Assembly (NCBI GenBank): GCA_963810275.1
Contig: CAWENF010000017.1
Span: forward strand, 1 to 64,000
Length of the DNA: 64,000 nucleotides
Reading direction: 5' to 3'
From: an uncultured archaeon
GTDB taxonomy: Archaea; Thermoproteota; Bathyarchaeia; Bathyarchaeales; Bathycorpusculaceae
In this document: positions 11,219 through 21,430 of the stretch, piece by piece
Layout: each line of letters starts with the position of its first letter
Position numbering within the stretch: the first letter of the stretch is position 1
Program-made: the position numbers and the translations under genes
The notes under the pieces: generated by a model
Database searches by the model: none
What the model was told of the DNA's origin: nothing
What the model saw: the letters and a program-made list of their open reading frames with translations, nothing else

Positions 11219-12145
11219 ATGACACAACCTCAACCCACCCCGCAACCAGAAACAAAGGCGCCTACGACTACGGCTAAAGAAGACGATAAATTCCGCTTCG
11301 AAGCAATATACCTGTTGCCGATTCTGGCAAGTCTGATGTTTGGTTTTGTCTGCTCGGTTGTCCTTTCGCTTAAACGTGAGGAAGTCATTATTCCGCCTGT
11401 AACGCCTGTCCCAGAAGGCACACCCGGCGCACCCATAGGAAACGCCTTGTACTTTGTGGTGCTTCTCGCAATTGCAGCAACTGTGTTTTATATTCTGCTT
11501 AAACGCCGTAACAAACGCGTAATCAAAACCTTACTTGTCATAGCTATAACAACTGCATCGCTTTTGCTCTCGTTCTTTTACCTCTATTCACTTTTCCTAT
11601 ACTTTGCTCCCGAATTGGTAGACTGGGTACTTGTGTTTATGCTGGTTATAACGGTAGCCGTTGACCTTGCGATTTTCAAGTTAGGCAGCAAAACCCGCAA
11701 CGTCGCAATTATACTTCTAGGCGGCGCGTTAGGCGTATTCTTCGGCAGTGCAGTCCCCTGGTGGAGCGCCGTGGCCATCCTGATATTCCTAGCCATTTAC
11801 GACGTAATCGCCGTCTACAAAGGTCCCGTGGGTAAGATTGCGCAGTCTAGCGGCGGACTAGACGAGTTGCAGGGGCTTAGTTTCTCGTTTAAAGACATAC
11901 AGATGGGACTTGGTGACTTGGTGTTTTACTCGATGCTCATGGGGTTGATGTTTACAACCTTCAGCACCAGCCTAATCCCAGGCTTTGCTGCAGTGTTGGG
12001 TATCTTAGCTGGCTCAGTCTTGACTTTTTACATGTTAGAAAAGAAAGGTTTGTTTCCAGGTCTGCCTTTTCCAATTTTAATAGGGTTAGGCGCTGGGTTT
12101 GCTGTGGCTTTGGCACTGGGTTTGCCGGTGCCCCTTAACTTCTAA
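11219..12145 (+). CDS. presenilin-family intramembrane aspartyl protease (PSH)
   Basis: multi-TM protein with YD (AIYDVIAV), GLGD and PGLP (PAL-equivalent) motifs. Confidence 0.88.
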   Translation: MTQPQPTPQPETKAPTTTAKEDDKFRFEAIYLLPILASLMFGFVCSVVLSLKREEVIIPPVTPVPEGTPGAPIGNALYFVVLLAIAATVFYILLKRRNKRVIKTLLVIAITTASLLLSFFYLYSLFLYFAPELVDWVLVFMLVITVAVDLAIFKLGSKTRNVAIILLGGALGVFFGSAVPWWSAVAILIFLAIYDVIAVYKGPVGKIAQSSGGLDELQGLSFSFKDIQMGLGDLVFYSMLMGLMFTTFSTSLIPGFAAVLGILAGSVLTFYMLEKKGLFPGLPFPILIGLGAGFAVALALGLPVPLNF

Positions 12146-12216
12146 TGCTAACATCTGGTGAATGTTTTTGCTAAACCTTTAAAGACTCAGCAGATTACAA
12201 ATAAGCAGGGTGTTTT

Positions 12217-13053
12217 TTGGTGCAACCTAAAGTTGCGGTGGTACGAGGGGAGCGAGGTATGGAACCAGTGTTTAAAGCGCTGGATTTAGTGGATTACACA
12301 TCAGCCTTAGCAGGTTTTAGCCGAGTTTTAATTAAAGTGAATTTCATAACAACTATGACGTGGGATACGGGCGCAACAACTGACCCCATCGTAGTAGAAG
12401 CGCTGATCCAAAAACTCCAAGCGCTAGACCGCGAAATTCTCGTGGTTGAATCAGACGCATCCATGACCAACGCAGACAAAGCCTTCAAAGCCACAGGCAT
12501 GGCAGATCTCTGCGAGCGCTACAGAGTCGAACACCTTAATCTGCGTCACATAAAAGATAAAGTAAAAATAAAAATCCCAAACGGCGACGCTCTCAAAACC
12601 ATTACCGTTCCCCGAATTGTAACCGAATCCGCAGTAGTGAGCGCTGCTAAAATGAAGACTCACATGGCAACCAAAGTTACCTTAGGCATGAAAAATATGT
12701 TCGGTTTGTTGCCTGACAAACTCAAATTTAAATATCATGCCATGGGAATAAGCAAAGTCATCGTAGACATAAACACGGTGCTAAAACCGCACCTAACAGT
12801 AGTGGATGGTTTTGTTGCTATGGAAGGTAAGGGACCAACGGATGGCGCACCAGTAAAAATGGATTTAATCCTGGCTGGGCAGGACCCTGTGGCAACGGAT
12901 GCTACATGCGCTCGTATAATGGGTTTTGATCCGCATCAAATCAAGCATATTGAAGGCGCATATCAAAAAGGCGTGGGCGAAATCGATGCCATAAACGTTG
13001 TGGGCTTACGAGTTGAGGACGTAATACGTCCATTTGCATTCAAGAAAATCTAA
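12217..13053 (+). CDS. DUF362 domain protein
   Basis: IKVN, TTDP, KMKTH...TLGMKNMFG, EGKGP..G, DPVATD. Confidence 0.85.
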   Translation: MVQPKVAVVRGERGMEPVFKALDLVDYTSALAGFSRVLIKVNFITTMTWDTGATTDPIVVEALIQKLQALDREILVVESDASMTNADKAFKATGMADLCERYRVEHLNLRHIKDKVKIKIPNGDALKTITVPRIVTESAVVSAAKMKTHMATKVTLGMKNMFGLLPDKLKFKYHAMGISKVIVDINTVLKPHLTVVDGFVAMEGKGPTDGAPVKMDLILAGQDPVATDATCARIMGFDPHQIKHIEGAYQKGVGEIDAINVVGLRVEDVIRPFAFKKI

Positions 13054-13096
13054 TGTACTCTTTAATGCCGCTCATACTCTCTTTGACCTTTCAAGC

Positions 13097-14164
13097 CTAT
13101 TTTTGGTTGCTTTTTAGTTTTGTTTTTAGATTTTTAAGTGAATGTTCAACTTCTATTCTTGACAGGGCACCACATTTTATGGGGGCGTCTGGTAGCCATG
13201 GTATGTATTCCCATTTCCATATTTTTTCGTTCGTATCATGTTCTGCCATTGCGTGATTTGAAGTATTTATGAATACGACAGGGTGGTTACGATCTAAAAA
13301 GTAGTACTTCACCGAATGCTTGGGTGCAGGCGGCGGGGGTTTATCTCCGTGAATCGAGTCAGCGTTCATTTCTTCGTTGTTACTGTAAATCCCTTCAAAT
13401 ACAAATCCGTCCTCCGCACCATCTTTAGTTACCTGTATTTTAAAAGATTCCAAATCCATTACTCTTCCGTATAATAGTCGGCGGATGGCCTCATAGATTG
13501 TGTTTAGTATACCGTGTTGGCGAAGGCGTTCGTTGTTGAAAAGAATTGAGACTTCTACGATATAGGAACCGTCTTTGTTTAAGGTCCCTTTTTTGCACTG
13601 GACTTCACGTATAAAATTTTTTAGTGCATCTACACTGGGTTGGTAAACAACGGGCATCAGTTCCTGAGATTGCGCCTCAACCGATGCTTTGAGAATGCTG
13701 TCTCCCTTTACTGTTGGATGCTCTAATTCGTTAACTATTTCACGATACAGCCGATAAATTGTTGAATCTTTCATGTCTTTACCTTGCTTCGCCCACTCCC
13801 AAACCCAATGCTTATCGTCAAACTGTATAACCCACCGCTGTTTAGGACCCTCTGTTTTTTGTGGAATATTACGTCTAGCTGTGTAGCTTTCGGTTTTTGG
13901 CTCCAAAGGCTTGGTGAAAATCTCAAAGCCTAACAGGTAGCGAAGCATCACTTCTTTTTGCATGAAGCTACTGTACTTTTTTTGACTACTGCGAACAACA
14001 ATTAAGAACTTATTATCAATTGTACGTGCAAAACAAATACTACAATTATCAGAATCCCAAAGCGCCTCTTTGCCTGTCCAGCTAAACTTGCCAAAGAAAC
14101 CTACCGTCCATTTCTTTTCTTTAACAGTAAACCATAGGGTATCTTGAGTTGCTTTTTCTTCCAT
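13097..14164 (-). CDS. hypothetical protein
   Basis: 355-aa ORF with ATG start; no family recognised. Confidence 0.7.
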   Translation of the reverse strand: MEEKATQDTLWFTVKEKKWTVGFFGKFSWTGKEALWDSDNCSICFARTIDNKFLIVVRSSQKKYSSFMQKEVMLRYLLGFEIFTKPLEPKTESYTARRNIPQKTEGPKQRWVIQFDDKHWVWEWAKQGKDMKDSTIYRLYREIVNELEHPTVKGDSILKASVEAQSQELMPVVYQPSVDALKNFIREVQCKKGTLNKDGSYIVEVSILFNNERLRQHGILNTIYEAIRRLLYGRVMDLESFKIQVTKDGAEDGFVFEGIYSNNEEMNADSIHGDKPPPPAPKHSVKYYFLDRNHPVVFINTSNHAMAEHDTNEKIWKWEYIPWLPDAPIKCGALSRIEVEHSLKNLKTKLKSNQK

Positions 14165-14293
14165 GCTAAGTTATCGCTCGTGGTTACTGAACCTTAAAGA
14201 GATAGATTAATAAAAGCACTGCCAAAAGACCCGCCATATCCTTTTCTGTTCAACAGTAATTGTCAGTATGTATGAGTTGCTGTTGTAGTAAAG

Positions 14294-14570
14294 CTATACA
14301 TAACTTAGTGAAGTGCCAACCAATCTGTGTATCATGCGTTCGCTTAGTTTATCGACCAGAACGCCGAAAAGGATCGGTAAAAAAGTCGTATGTGACGCAT
14401 GTACTCCAGAAATCGTGAAAACTACTGTTGCTGCAAATATTGATGACATGGATTTTTCCTTTTTTCGCTCCTCTGTTCTTAGCGTTTTTCTGTTTGATAG
14501 TAGGGCAAGCGCCGTCAAAATGCGCTAATGACATTCATTTGTCTCCCACATTTTAGCTGAACCAGCTCTA
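14294..14570 (-). pseudogene. possible TMEM165/GDT1-family remnant
   Basis: degenerate (E)MGDK-like codons near 14545, then hydrophobic fragments ending DKLSERMIHRLVG. Confidence 0.3.
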
Positions 14571-14636
14571 ATCCGCAGTTCCCTTACACATAAGGGGAAA
14601 CATCTATTTGAAAAAGCCCATATAGTGTACTTGTGA

Positions 14637-16259
14637 TTGGAAATGAGTCAAAATCAAATGTTTTGTTACCAATGCGAACAAACAGCCAAAGGACAAGGAT
14701 GCACAGTCATGGGCGTCTGCGGCAAAAACCCCGAAGTCGCCACCCTCCAGGATCTACTAGTTTTTAAACTGCGTGAACTCAGCCAACATGCACTCCAAGC
14801 AAGGAAAACAGGCTGGCAAGACCCAAACGTTGATGCCTTCGTTGCAGAAGCGCTATTTGTTACCCTAACCAATGTGAACTTCGACCCCGAGGCTATAATA
14901 GAATACATCAAAAAAACTGTGGAACTGCACAATCAGCTCCACAACAAAGTTACCAATGCCCCCCAGCACCCACCCCTTGATGCATCAAAAGATGCACTCA
15001 TAGCGGAGGGTAAAAAGCATGGCATAAACTCGGATGAAACAGTCAACGCCGATTTACATTCTTTGCAATGGCTTCTGACTTTCGGTTTAAAAGGTGTAGC
15101 CGCCTACGCCTACCACGCGTATCTGCTAGGTAAAAAAGACCAGAAAGTCTTTGACTTCATCTACGAAGGCTTAGCTGCACCATTTGACATGAATCTTGGT
15201 GTAAACGAGTTCGTTTCGTTGGTTTTCAAATGCGGAGAAATCAACATACGTGCAATGGAACTGCTTGACGCAGGCAACACCGAACGTTATGGCCATCCCA
15301 TCCCCACTAAAGTGCCACTAGGGCACAAAAAAGGGAAAGCCATAGTCGTCTCCGGCCACGACCTAATAGACCTTGAAGAAATCCTCAAACAAACCCAAGG
15401 CAAAGACATAACAGTCTATACCCACGGCGAGATGCTGCCTACTCATGGCTACCCCGAACTCAAAAAGTACCCCAACTTCTACGGTCACTACGGAACAGCA
15501 TGGCAAAACCAGCAACGCGAATTCGCAGAGTTCCCAGGCGCCATCTTGATGACCACCAACTGCATCCAGCGACCAATGGAAAGCTACAGCAAAAACATCT
15601 TCACTGCTGGTCCAGTCGGGTTCCCAGGCGTAACCCACATAAGCGAAAAGAACTTCACGCCAGTAATTAACAAGGCGCTTGAGCTGCCAGGATTCCCAGA
15701 CGATGTTGAAGGCAAATCCGTTATGGTTGGCTTCGGACGAAACGCCGTGCTCTCGGTAGCGGACAAAGTCATCGAATCAGTGAAAGCCGGACACATCAAA
15801 CGCTTCATTCTAGTCGGCGGATGTGATGGCGCAAAACCCGGACGCAGCTACTACACTGAATTCGTTGAGAAAGCACCCCAAAACACTATAATCCTGACGT
15901 TGGCATGTGGCAAATTCCGGTTCTTTGACAAGGAACTCGGCACAATAGATGACATACCACGCCTGCTTGACATCGGACAATGTAACGACGCTTACAGCGC
16001 TGTAAAAATTGCAATGGCACTTGCCGATGCATTCAAAGTTGGGGTCAATGATCTGCCTCTCTCACTTGTCCTGTCATGGTACGAACAGAAAGCTGTAGCG
16101 ATTCTGTTGTCGCTGCTGTACTTGGGCATAAAAGACATCCGCGTCGGACCCAGTCTACCAGCATTCATAACCCCAGGCATCCTCAATGTGCTTGTTGAGA
16201 AATTCAACATCATGCCCATCAAAACCGCAGACGAAGACCTCGCAGCAATCATGAAATAA
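14637..16259 (+). CDS. hcp: hydroxylamine reductase / hybrid cluster protein
   Basis: MFCYQCEQT...C...GVCGK, SGHD, THGEM, GGCDG, GQCND, SWYEQKA. Confidence 0.97.
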   Translation: MEMSQNQMFCYQCEQTAKGQGCTVMGVCGKNPEVATLQDLLVFKLRELSQHALQARKTGWQDPNVDAFVAEALFVTLTNVNFDPEAIIEYIKKTVELHNQLHNKVTNAPQHPPLDASKDALIAEGKKHGINSDETVNADLHSLQWLLTFGLKGVAAYAYHAYLLGKKDQKVFDFIYEGLAAPFDMNLGVNEFVSLVFKCGEINIRAMELLDAGNTERYGHPIPTKVPLGHKKGKAIVVSGHDLIDLEEILKQTQGKDITVYTHGEMLPTHGYPELKKYPNFYGHYGTAWQNQQREFAEFPGAILMTTNCIQRPMESYSKNIFTAGPVGFPGVTHISEKNFTPVINKALELPGFPDDVEGKSVMVGFGRNAVLSVADKVIESVKAGHIKRFILVGGCDGAKPGRSYYTEFVEKAPQNTIILTLACGKFRFFDKELGTIDDIPRLLDIGQCNDAYSAVKIAMALADAFKVGVNDLPLSLVLSWYEQKAVAILLSLLYLGIKDIRVGPSLPAFITPGILNVLVEKFNIMPIKTADEDLAAIMK

Positions 16260-16302
16260 ACAAAAACGCCGCGTAAAAGCGGCCTATTTTCTTTTTTGTC
16301 AT

Positions 16303-16887
16303 TTATATTACGTTTTTGTTGAGTTGTTTTAATAACCATGCTATGTTTTTGCCAAGCGTCGCCATAGTTGCCAAGCCTTCCCCGTCGCCGTTTACTTCGC
16401 CTGGTGCTCTGCCGATGCCTACGTTCCAGTACATAGAACCTGGAACAATCATCTCACTGATTAGGAAGAAGTGGTTTATGGCGTCGAAAGTGGGCATAGC
16501 TCCAGTTCTGCGTACTGCCACCACGGCAGCGCCTACTTTGCGTCTGAACATGTAGTCGTTTGACATTGCGACAAATCCTGCACGGTCGATGAGAGCTTTT
16601 AGTTCCGGGGTCATCATTGAGAAGTAGGTGGGTGATCCGAGGATTATGCCGTCGGCTTCTAACATTTTCCTAATGTAGAGATTGGCGTTGTCGTTGATGA
16701 TTTTGCATTCCTTGTTTTTCAGTTTTCGGCAGGTTCCGCAGGCCGTGCAACCGTGAATGACTTGGCCACCTAGCTGGATGTACTCGGTTTCTATTCCTTC
16801 AGCTTCAAGTTCTGCCAAAACTTTGCGTATGAGTATGGCGGTATTTCCGTCTGATCTGGGGCTACCGTTGAATGCAACAACTTTCAT
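16303..16887 (-). CDS. iron-sulfur flavoprotein (flavodoxin family)
   Basis: [17 protein letters not shown]....C, GSPTYF. Confidence 0.9.
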   Translation of the reverse strand: MKVVAFNGSPRSDGNTAILIRKVLAELEAEGIETEYIQLGGQVIHGCTACGTCRKLKNKECKIINDNANLYIRKMLEADGIILGSPTYFSMMTPELKALIDRAGFVAMSNDYMFRRKVGAAVVAVRRTGAMPTFDAINHFFLISEMIVPGSMYWNVGIGRAPGEVNGDGEGLATMATLGKNIAWLLKQLNKNVI

Positions 16888-17001
16888 CGAAAATTACCCA
16901 TTTAAAAGGGGGCGAAAAGTGATAAAAAGATAGCGGAAATGTCTTTCCCACTTTTTCCTTCGTTGCCATAAAATACGGGGTGGCTTCAATGTTTTTGTAG
17001 C

Positions 17002-17847
17002 TTAAGGTATCGGCAGCGTATTCTGCATTAGTGGGTAGCGGTCTTGGTTTTGCACATCCACCACGTAGGGAGTATCGCCTATGCCGTCCCGGTTAGCGTC
17101 GATGCCGGTGTAGTCGCTCCAGTAGTTCCCGCTGCTGCCGTTGTCCCACGAATGTGGCTCCTCATTTTCAGGGTAAGATTCGCAAAAACACCCGTTGATT
17201 TGCACAGTATTATCTACGAAGCTGTTTTGCACAATGGTTACGTCGGAGGGAATTAACTCATCTTCACCATTGAAGCCGAAAAACAAGCCTTGCTGGTTCT
17301 CTGCCAAACAGTTGCCACAGATTGTGGTGTTTGACCCCGAAAGCATAATTCCTAGGATGCTCTCGGAAACCGAATTGCCAACTACAGTGTTGTTTTGTGT
17401 CCACATGTACATGCCGATACTAAAGTTTTTGATGTTAAAGTTCTGTATGGTTACGCCTTTTACTGTTTTTGCGCCAAGGTCAATGCCGATTACGTACTCA
17501 GCGACTAAGTCGGGTGATTGCTCGGGTCCGTTGCCCACAACCCACACGTTAGCCTGCGACCCGTTGTATGCACCCATCAGGGTGTGGCCTGCTCCGTCTA
17601 ATACAATGTTACTTTTCTGTATTCTGATGGTGCCATAAACGTCGTCCGTGAAGGTATAGGTGTTGCCCGTCTGCTGGATTGGTGCGATTTGGGGCGTGAA
17701 TGTGCCGTCAGGTTGAATTACGATGTTCTGCAGGGTTTTGGACGTTTCCGTCTCTGTTTGGGGTTGAGGTTTCGCGAAGATGAATCCTACTACAACTGAA
17801 ACCACTAAAATAGCAACAATCACAACCGCGATGTGTTTTTTCTGCAT
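17002..17847 (-). CDS. membrane-anchored NosD/CASH beta-helix protein
   Basis: N-terminal TM, LDGAG, Asn-rich beta-helix repeats, GNYWSDY..D...DGIGD.PY...DRYPL. Confidence 0.85.
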   Translation of the reverse strand: MQKKHIAVVIVAILVVSVVVGFIFAKPQPQTETETSKTLQNIVIQPDGTFTPQIAPIQQTGNTYTFTDDVYGTIRIQKSNIVLDGAGHTLMGAYNGSQANVWVVGNGPEQSPDLVAEYVIGIDLGAKTVKGVTIQNFNIKNFSIGMYMWTQNNTVVGNSVSESILGIMLSGSNTTICGNCLAENQQGLFFGFNGEDELIPSDVTIVQNSFVDNTVQINGCFCESYPENEEPHSWDNGSSGNYWSDYTGIDANRDGIGDTPYVVDVQNQDRYPLMQNTLPIP

Positions 17848-17862
17848 TTGTTTTCCTCTCTT

Positions 17863-19467
17863 TTACTCCATTTTTACTGTATCTGTTTTATTTAACCAGT
17901 TTCTTGACTTAGCAACCTTGAGCCCCAACACCTTAAACTGCAGGCAGTCCTCATTGGGGCACATCTCCACGCATCGCAGACAGTAGATACATTTGGAGTC
18001 AGCAACGTCGCCGCTTTTCTTCTCATAGACGTCGGTGACTTGAGTGGGGCAGACGCGTTTGCATATTCCGCATTTAGTGCATTTCTCTTCTGCTTTGTTG
18101 AGGCGTACGCCCGATATCCACTTGAACGGCGGAAAACGGTTAAACAAAGCAATCAAGGCGCCTAACGGGCAGATTTGGCACCACGAACGCCTGAAGAAGA
18201 ACGCCGCTGCGGTGACCACCGCCAATATGATGAGGTTGGTTGAAGTCAAGTAGAAGCCTATTTCGTAGAACTGCCCGGTGGTGTTCTGCCAAAGCCAATC
18301 TGTTTTCATTAAACCTACGCTGTTTTCAGCCAGCAGACAAAGTGGCTTCATGGGGCAGACCTGGCAGAAGGGTGCGGCAAAGTAGGTGTTTATGAAACCG
18401 CCTTTTTCGCTGCCGGCGAGCAACTCTGTGGCAAACACTATGCTGAGAATGATAAGCAACGCCAATGTGATGTAGCCGAGTTGACGGAAGTGTTGGGCGA
18501 ATTTATCAGAGAGCAATCTGCGTTTGATTCTGAGTGCCTTTCGAAGCCGAGTCATCAAGTCAAGGTATAATCCAAACGGGCATACCCAGCCGCAGAAGGT
18601 TCTGCCCAAAAGGATTGCCGCAACGATTATAAACGCGAAAACCACCGCTAAACGCATTAAGCCGTCGCTCAAATAATGCAAACCCCAGCCTCCACCTGCG
18701 TCATAGAAAGGGTAAATGTAGGCTTGAATCTGCCACAACACGCAAGTTACTGTTCTGCCACAAGGGTAGTAGCAGCCAAAAAACGGCGCCGGCAACCCAT
18801 CAGGCATATCTACGCCTGCAACGTTAGTTGCAATGTCGATTTCATGCACGTTTATCGACGCTGCTGGCACAGGATAGCTATAGTGGTCGATGAATATACC
18901 AAAGAATATAACGAAAATCAATCCTATTTGAACCATGGTGCGTATAGCGGTGATTTTTCGGGTTTGATTTTTTGTTCCAAAATAAAAAATAACTGAACCA
19001 ACGCTTAGGAAAGCTGCTGTTAGACCTATGACGGAATAGTTGGGTCTGTAGTTTAAATCTACGCTTGGCGTCGGAAGGGGGGCTTGTGGGTTTTGGGGGT
19101 CGGAGACTTCGGCGAAAAGGCGGTCACATATGTGGCCATCTATCGCGAAGATATTCCAGTACCCAATCATGTCCAATTGTTGGATTACTGTGAAGTTGCC
19201 TGTTTTGGGGTCGGTTGTGGTGTACTGTTCGATGTAGGTGTAGTCGGGGCGTGTGAAGGCAATACGGACGGTTTTGTTTTCTGTTGCGGGGCACACTTGT
19301 CCGGTGATGATCACGGTTTGGTTAATGTCTATTTGGGTGTGGTCAATGTCTGCGGTTATGTGAGGACCGTAACAGCAGACGGCGGGTTCAATGCTCCACG
19401 CACTGTATAAGGTAGCAGCGATTAATATTGTCGCTACCAGCCAAAGCATTACCCGCCTAATATTCAT
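17863..19467 (-). CDS. NapH/MauN-like 4Fe-4S membrane protein with N-terminal extracellular Ig-like domain
   Basis: signal peptide; CGWVCP, CQVCP and CQICP motifs; two C-terminal CxxCxxCxxxCP ferredoxin motifs. Confidence 0.85.
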   Translation of the reverse strand: MNIRRVMLWLVATILIAATLYSAWSIEPAVCCYGPHITADIDHTQIDINQTVIITGQVCPATENKTVRIAFTRPDYTYIEQYTTTDPKTGNFTVIQQLDMIGYWNIFAIDGHICDRLFAEVSDPQNPQAPLPTPSVDLNYRPNYSVIGLTAAFLSVGSVIFYFGTKNQTRKITAIRTMVQIGLIFVIFFGIFIDHYSYPVPAASINVHEIDIATNVAGVDMPDGLPAPFFGCYYPCGRTVTCVLWQIQAYIYPFYDAGGGWGLHYLSDGLMRLAVVFAFIIVAAILLGRTFCGWVCPFGLYLDLMTRLRKALRIKRRLLSDKFAQHFRQLGYITLALLIILSIVFATELLAGSEKGGFINTYFAAPFCQVCPMKPLCLLAENSVGLMKTDWLWQNTTGQFYEIGFYLTSTNLIILAVVTAAAFFFRRSWCQICPLGALIALFNRFPPFKWISGVRLNKAEEKCTKCGICKRVCPTQVTDVYEKKSGDVADSKCIYCLRCVEMCPNEDCLQFKVLGLKVAKSRNWLNKTDTVKME

Positions 19468-19561
19468 TCACGCTCATAGCCCCAAATCTGTTTTTTTGCT
19501 TGATATATTTTTGCAGATAAACCCAATCCGTATGCAGTTTTGGCTGAGCTAAGATAAAGTG

Positions 19562-19620
19562 TTTTTTGTCAAGGTTTCTTGACCACGTTGCTTTGATGTT
19601 AGTCAAGATTTGTTGACAAT
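19562..19620. repeat. pair of GTCAA-N6-TTGAC palindromic sites
   Basis: GTCAAggtttcTTGAC at 19568-19583 and GTCAAgatttgTTGAC at 19602-19617. Confidence 0.6.
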
Positions 19621-19838
19621 CCAAAACTTCTGCGGGTTCATGCATTGTGGCTACAAGGAATTGTGAATACTTGATAACTTGCTGTTGTTATTTTTGTTTC
19701 CACCCTAATTTTTGTATTGCTAAGGTAAATTAAATGTTTTTTGGGGTTCACTTGGCTACTAAACACAGTATCAGGGAAGTATGTAAAGATAAATAGTTGA
19801 AATGCAATTTCATGTACCAATTATAGGAGAAATAAAAG

Positions 19839-20258
19839 TTGTCTGTAGCGCAAAGAAAATACTTCATAGAGGTGGCAGCGTTAGCAGATAAAACTGTCGC
19901 AGTTGTCACAACCAACGGAAAAATCTTTAACGGCACACTCACCGGCATTAACCCTGACAACCTGAGCCTTGTTTTATCAGACGCCACTGAAGCGGGAAAA
20001 CCCTTGCACCGTGTAGTCATAAACGGCAGCACCGTAGCGCATTTGTCAACCGCAGAAAAACCCTTTGACCTAAAATCGCTTGCTAGCCGCCTTGAAAAAG
20101 TTTTTCCAACCATGGTTAAACTCTACGAGGACCAAGGCTTCATCTGGGTAATGGACAAAGTCAAGTTAACCGAGAAAGGTGTTGTAGAAGGCGCAGGCCC
20201 AGCTGCTGAACGCGTCCAGAAAGTCTATGATACCTTCATGAGTGAAGCAAAAGCCTAA
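19839..20258 (+). CDS. Lsm/Sm-like RNA-binding protein with C-terminal domain (SmAP3-like)
   Basis: Sm1 (GKIFNGTLTG..NLSLVLSDA) and Sm2 (VVING) motifs plus C-terminal extension. Confidence 0.85.
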   Translation: MSVAQRKYFIEVAALADKTVAVVTTNGKIFNGTLTGINPDNLSLVLSDATEAGKPLHRVVINGSTVAHLSTAEKPFDLKSLASRLEKVFPTMVKLYEDQGFIWVMDKVKLTEKGVVEGAGPAAERVQKVYDTFMSEAKA

Positions 20259-20265
20259 AAATAGG

Positions 20266-21015
20266 TTAAATGAACCAGCGTAGTTGCTGTTCCTCTTTCT
20301 TCTTTTCTTCTGTTATGCTTCTAATTATACCGAATGATTCAAGCATCTGTTTGATTTCTGCACCAGTACTTTCTATGCTTGAAAGGTCTACGTTTAGGTT
20401 CAGATACTTCATAAGCAGAATAATGGCGTGTTCAGCTGCGTTCACATCGGGGTCCATGCCTAAGGTGTCCACCAGAAGCGAGAATCCTTTGAGGTCGCGT
20501 ATGCGTGCCATCCCGACTGTTAAACCTGCGATGCCAAATACGTGTCCAACCATCACTTTAGTGCCCAAATCCAGCGCCTGCTGCATGGTTTCGAGATCCG
20601 TTGCAGTGCTATAAATCGCTGGAATAGGCTGCACGTCTTCTTTTTTGAAGCCGCCAATCGAAATAACGAATTTACAGCCTAACTCTTGACAAATGTCAAG
20701 CACTTTACCGACTAATTCATACTGGCCAACGGTGGTGAGCGCCTGTGTGTTGCCATACCAGATGATTAGGTCGCGTTCGCCTTCGCGTTTGGCGTAATAG
20801 AGCTCGTTTATGGGGGTACGTGCGCCGCCATCTTCGGTTGTTATGGCGAAGTCTTGAAATGCCGAGGAGAAGATTTGTGCGAATCGGACGGCTTTTAGTT
20901 CTTTTATGAGATGTAGTGCGGCTATGTTGGCTACGAAGCCTATGCCGGGTAAGCCTTCGATTAGGATGGGGTCGTTGAGTTGGGGTTTGTCTGATATGTC
21001 AATTGAGCAGACCAT
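20266..21015 (-). CDS. PAC2 family proteasome assembly chaperone-like protein
   Basis: LIEGLPGIGFVANIA, IGG; ATG at 21015 preferred over 21156. Confidence 0.88.
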   Translation of the reverse strand: MVCSIDISDKPQLNDPILIEGLPGIGFVANIAALHLIKELKAVRFAQIFSSAFQDFAITTEDGGARTPINELYYAKREGERDLIIWYGNTQALTTVGQYELVGKVLDICQELGCKFVISIGGFKKEDVQPIPAIYSTATDLETMQQALDLGTKVMVGHVFGIAGLTVGMARIRDLKGFSLLVDTLGMDPDVNAAEHAIILLMKYLNLNVDLSSIESTGAEIKQMLESFGIIRSITEEKKKEEQQLRWFI

Positions 21016-21430
21016 AATGATGCACTTCTGAGGTACTAGCGCGCCTTTCGATATAAGGATGCCTAAAAAAGTGTCTGAAATCTGAAATTTTCTAAAGGCA
21101 GGATCGGCTGAGTCGGCGACGAAAACATCAAAAACAATACCATCACAAACAATCAATATGAATAGTTGGACACCACTACTGGTTCAAGCAACAACAACAT
21201 TAACAACAAGTATGAAAACCTGAACTTAACCAAGAACAGCACCAACGTAGACATAATCAACAATGTACATCTAACAGGTCTTAAGCGGGAAGAGTTTTCT
21301 CCCTCTCAAACTACATTCAACAGTAAGCTAGATACCGCTTATAACTTTTACAACCCAACACTACATATTAACAGTACAGGGCAATAAGGGTTTTTTGGGC
21401 TAACGTTTTTTATTGGGCAACTACGCTTCA

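Noticed and set aside
17899-17912. 14-nt match to the dif-like left arm plus spacer
   Set aside because: Lies inside a CDS encoding AKSRN and has no right arm; may be coincidental, and it warns that the motif needs a background test
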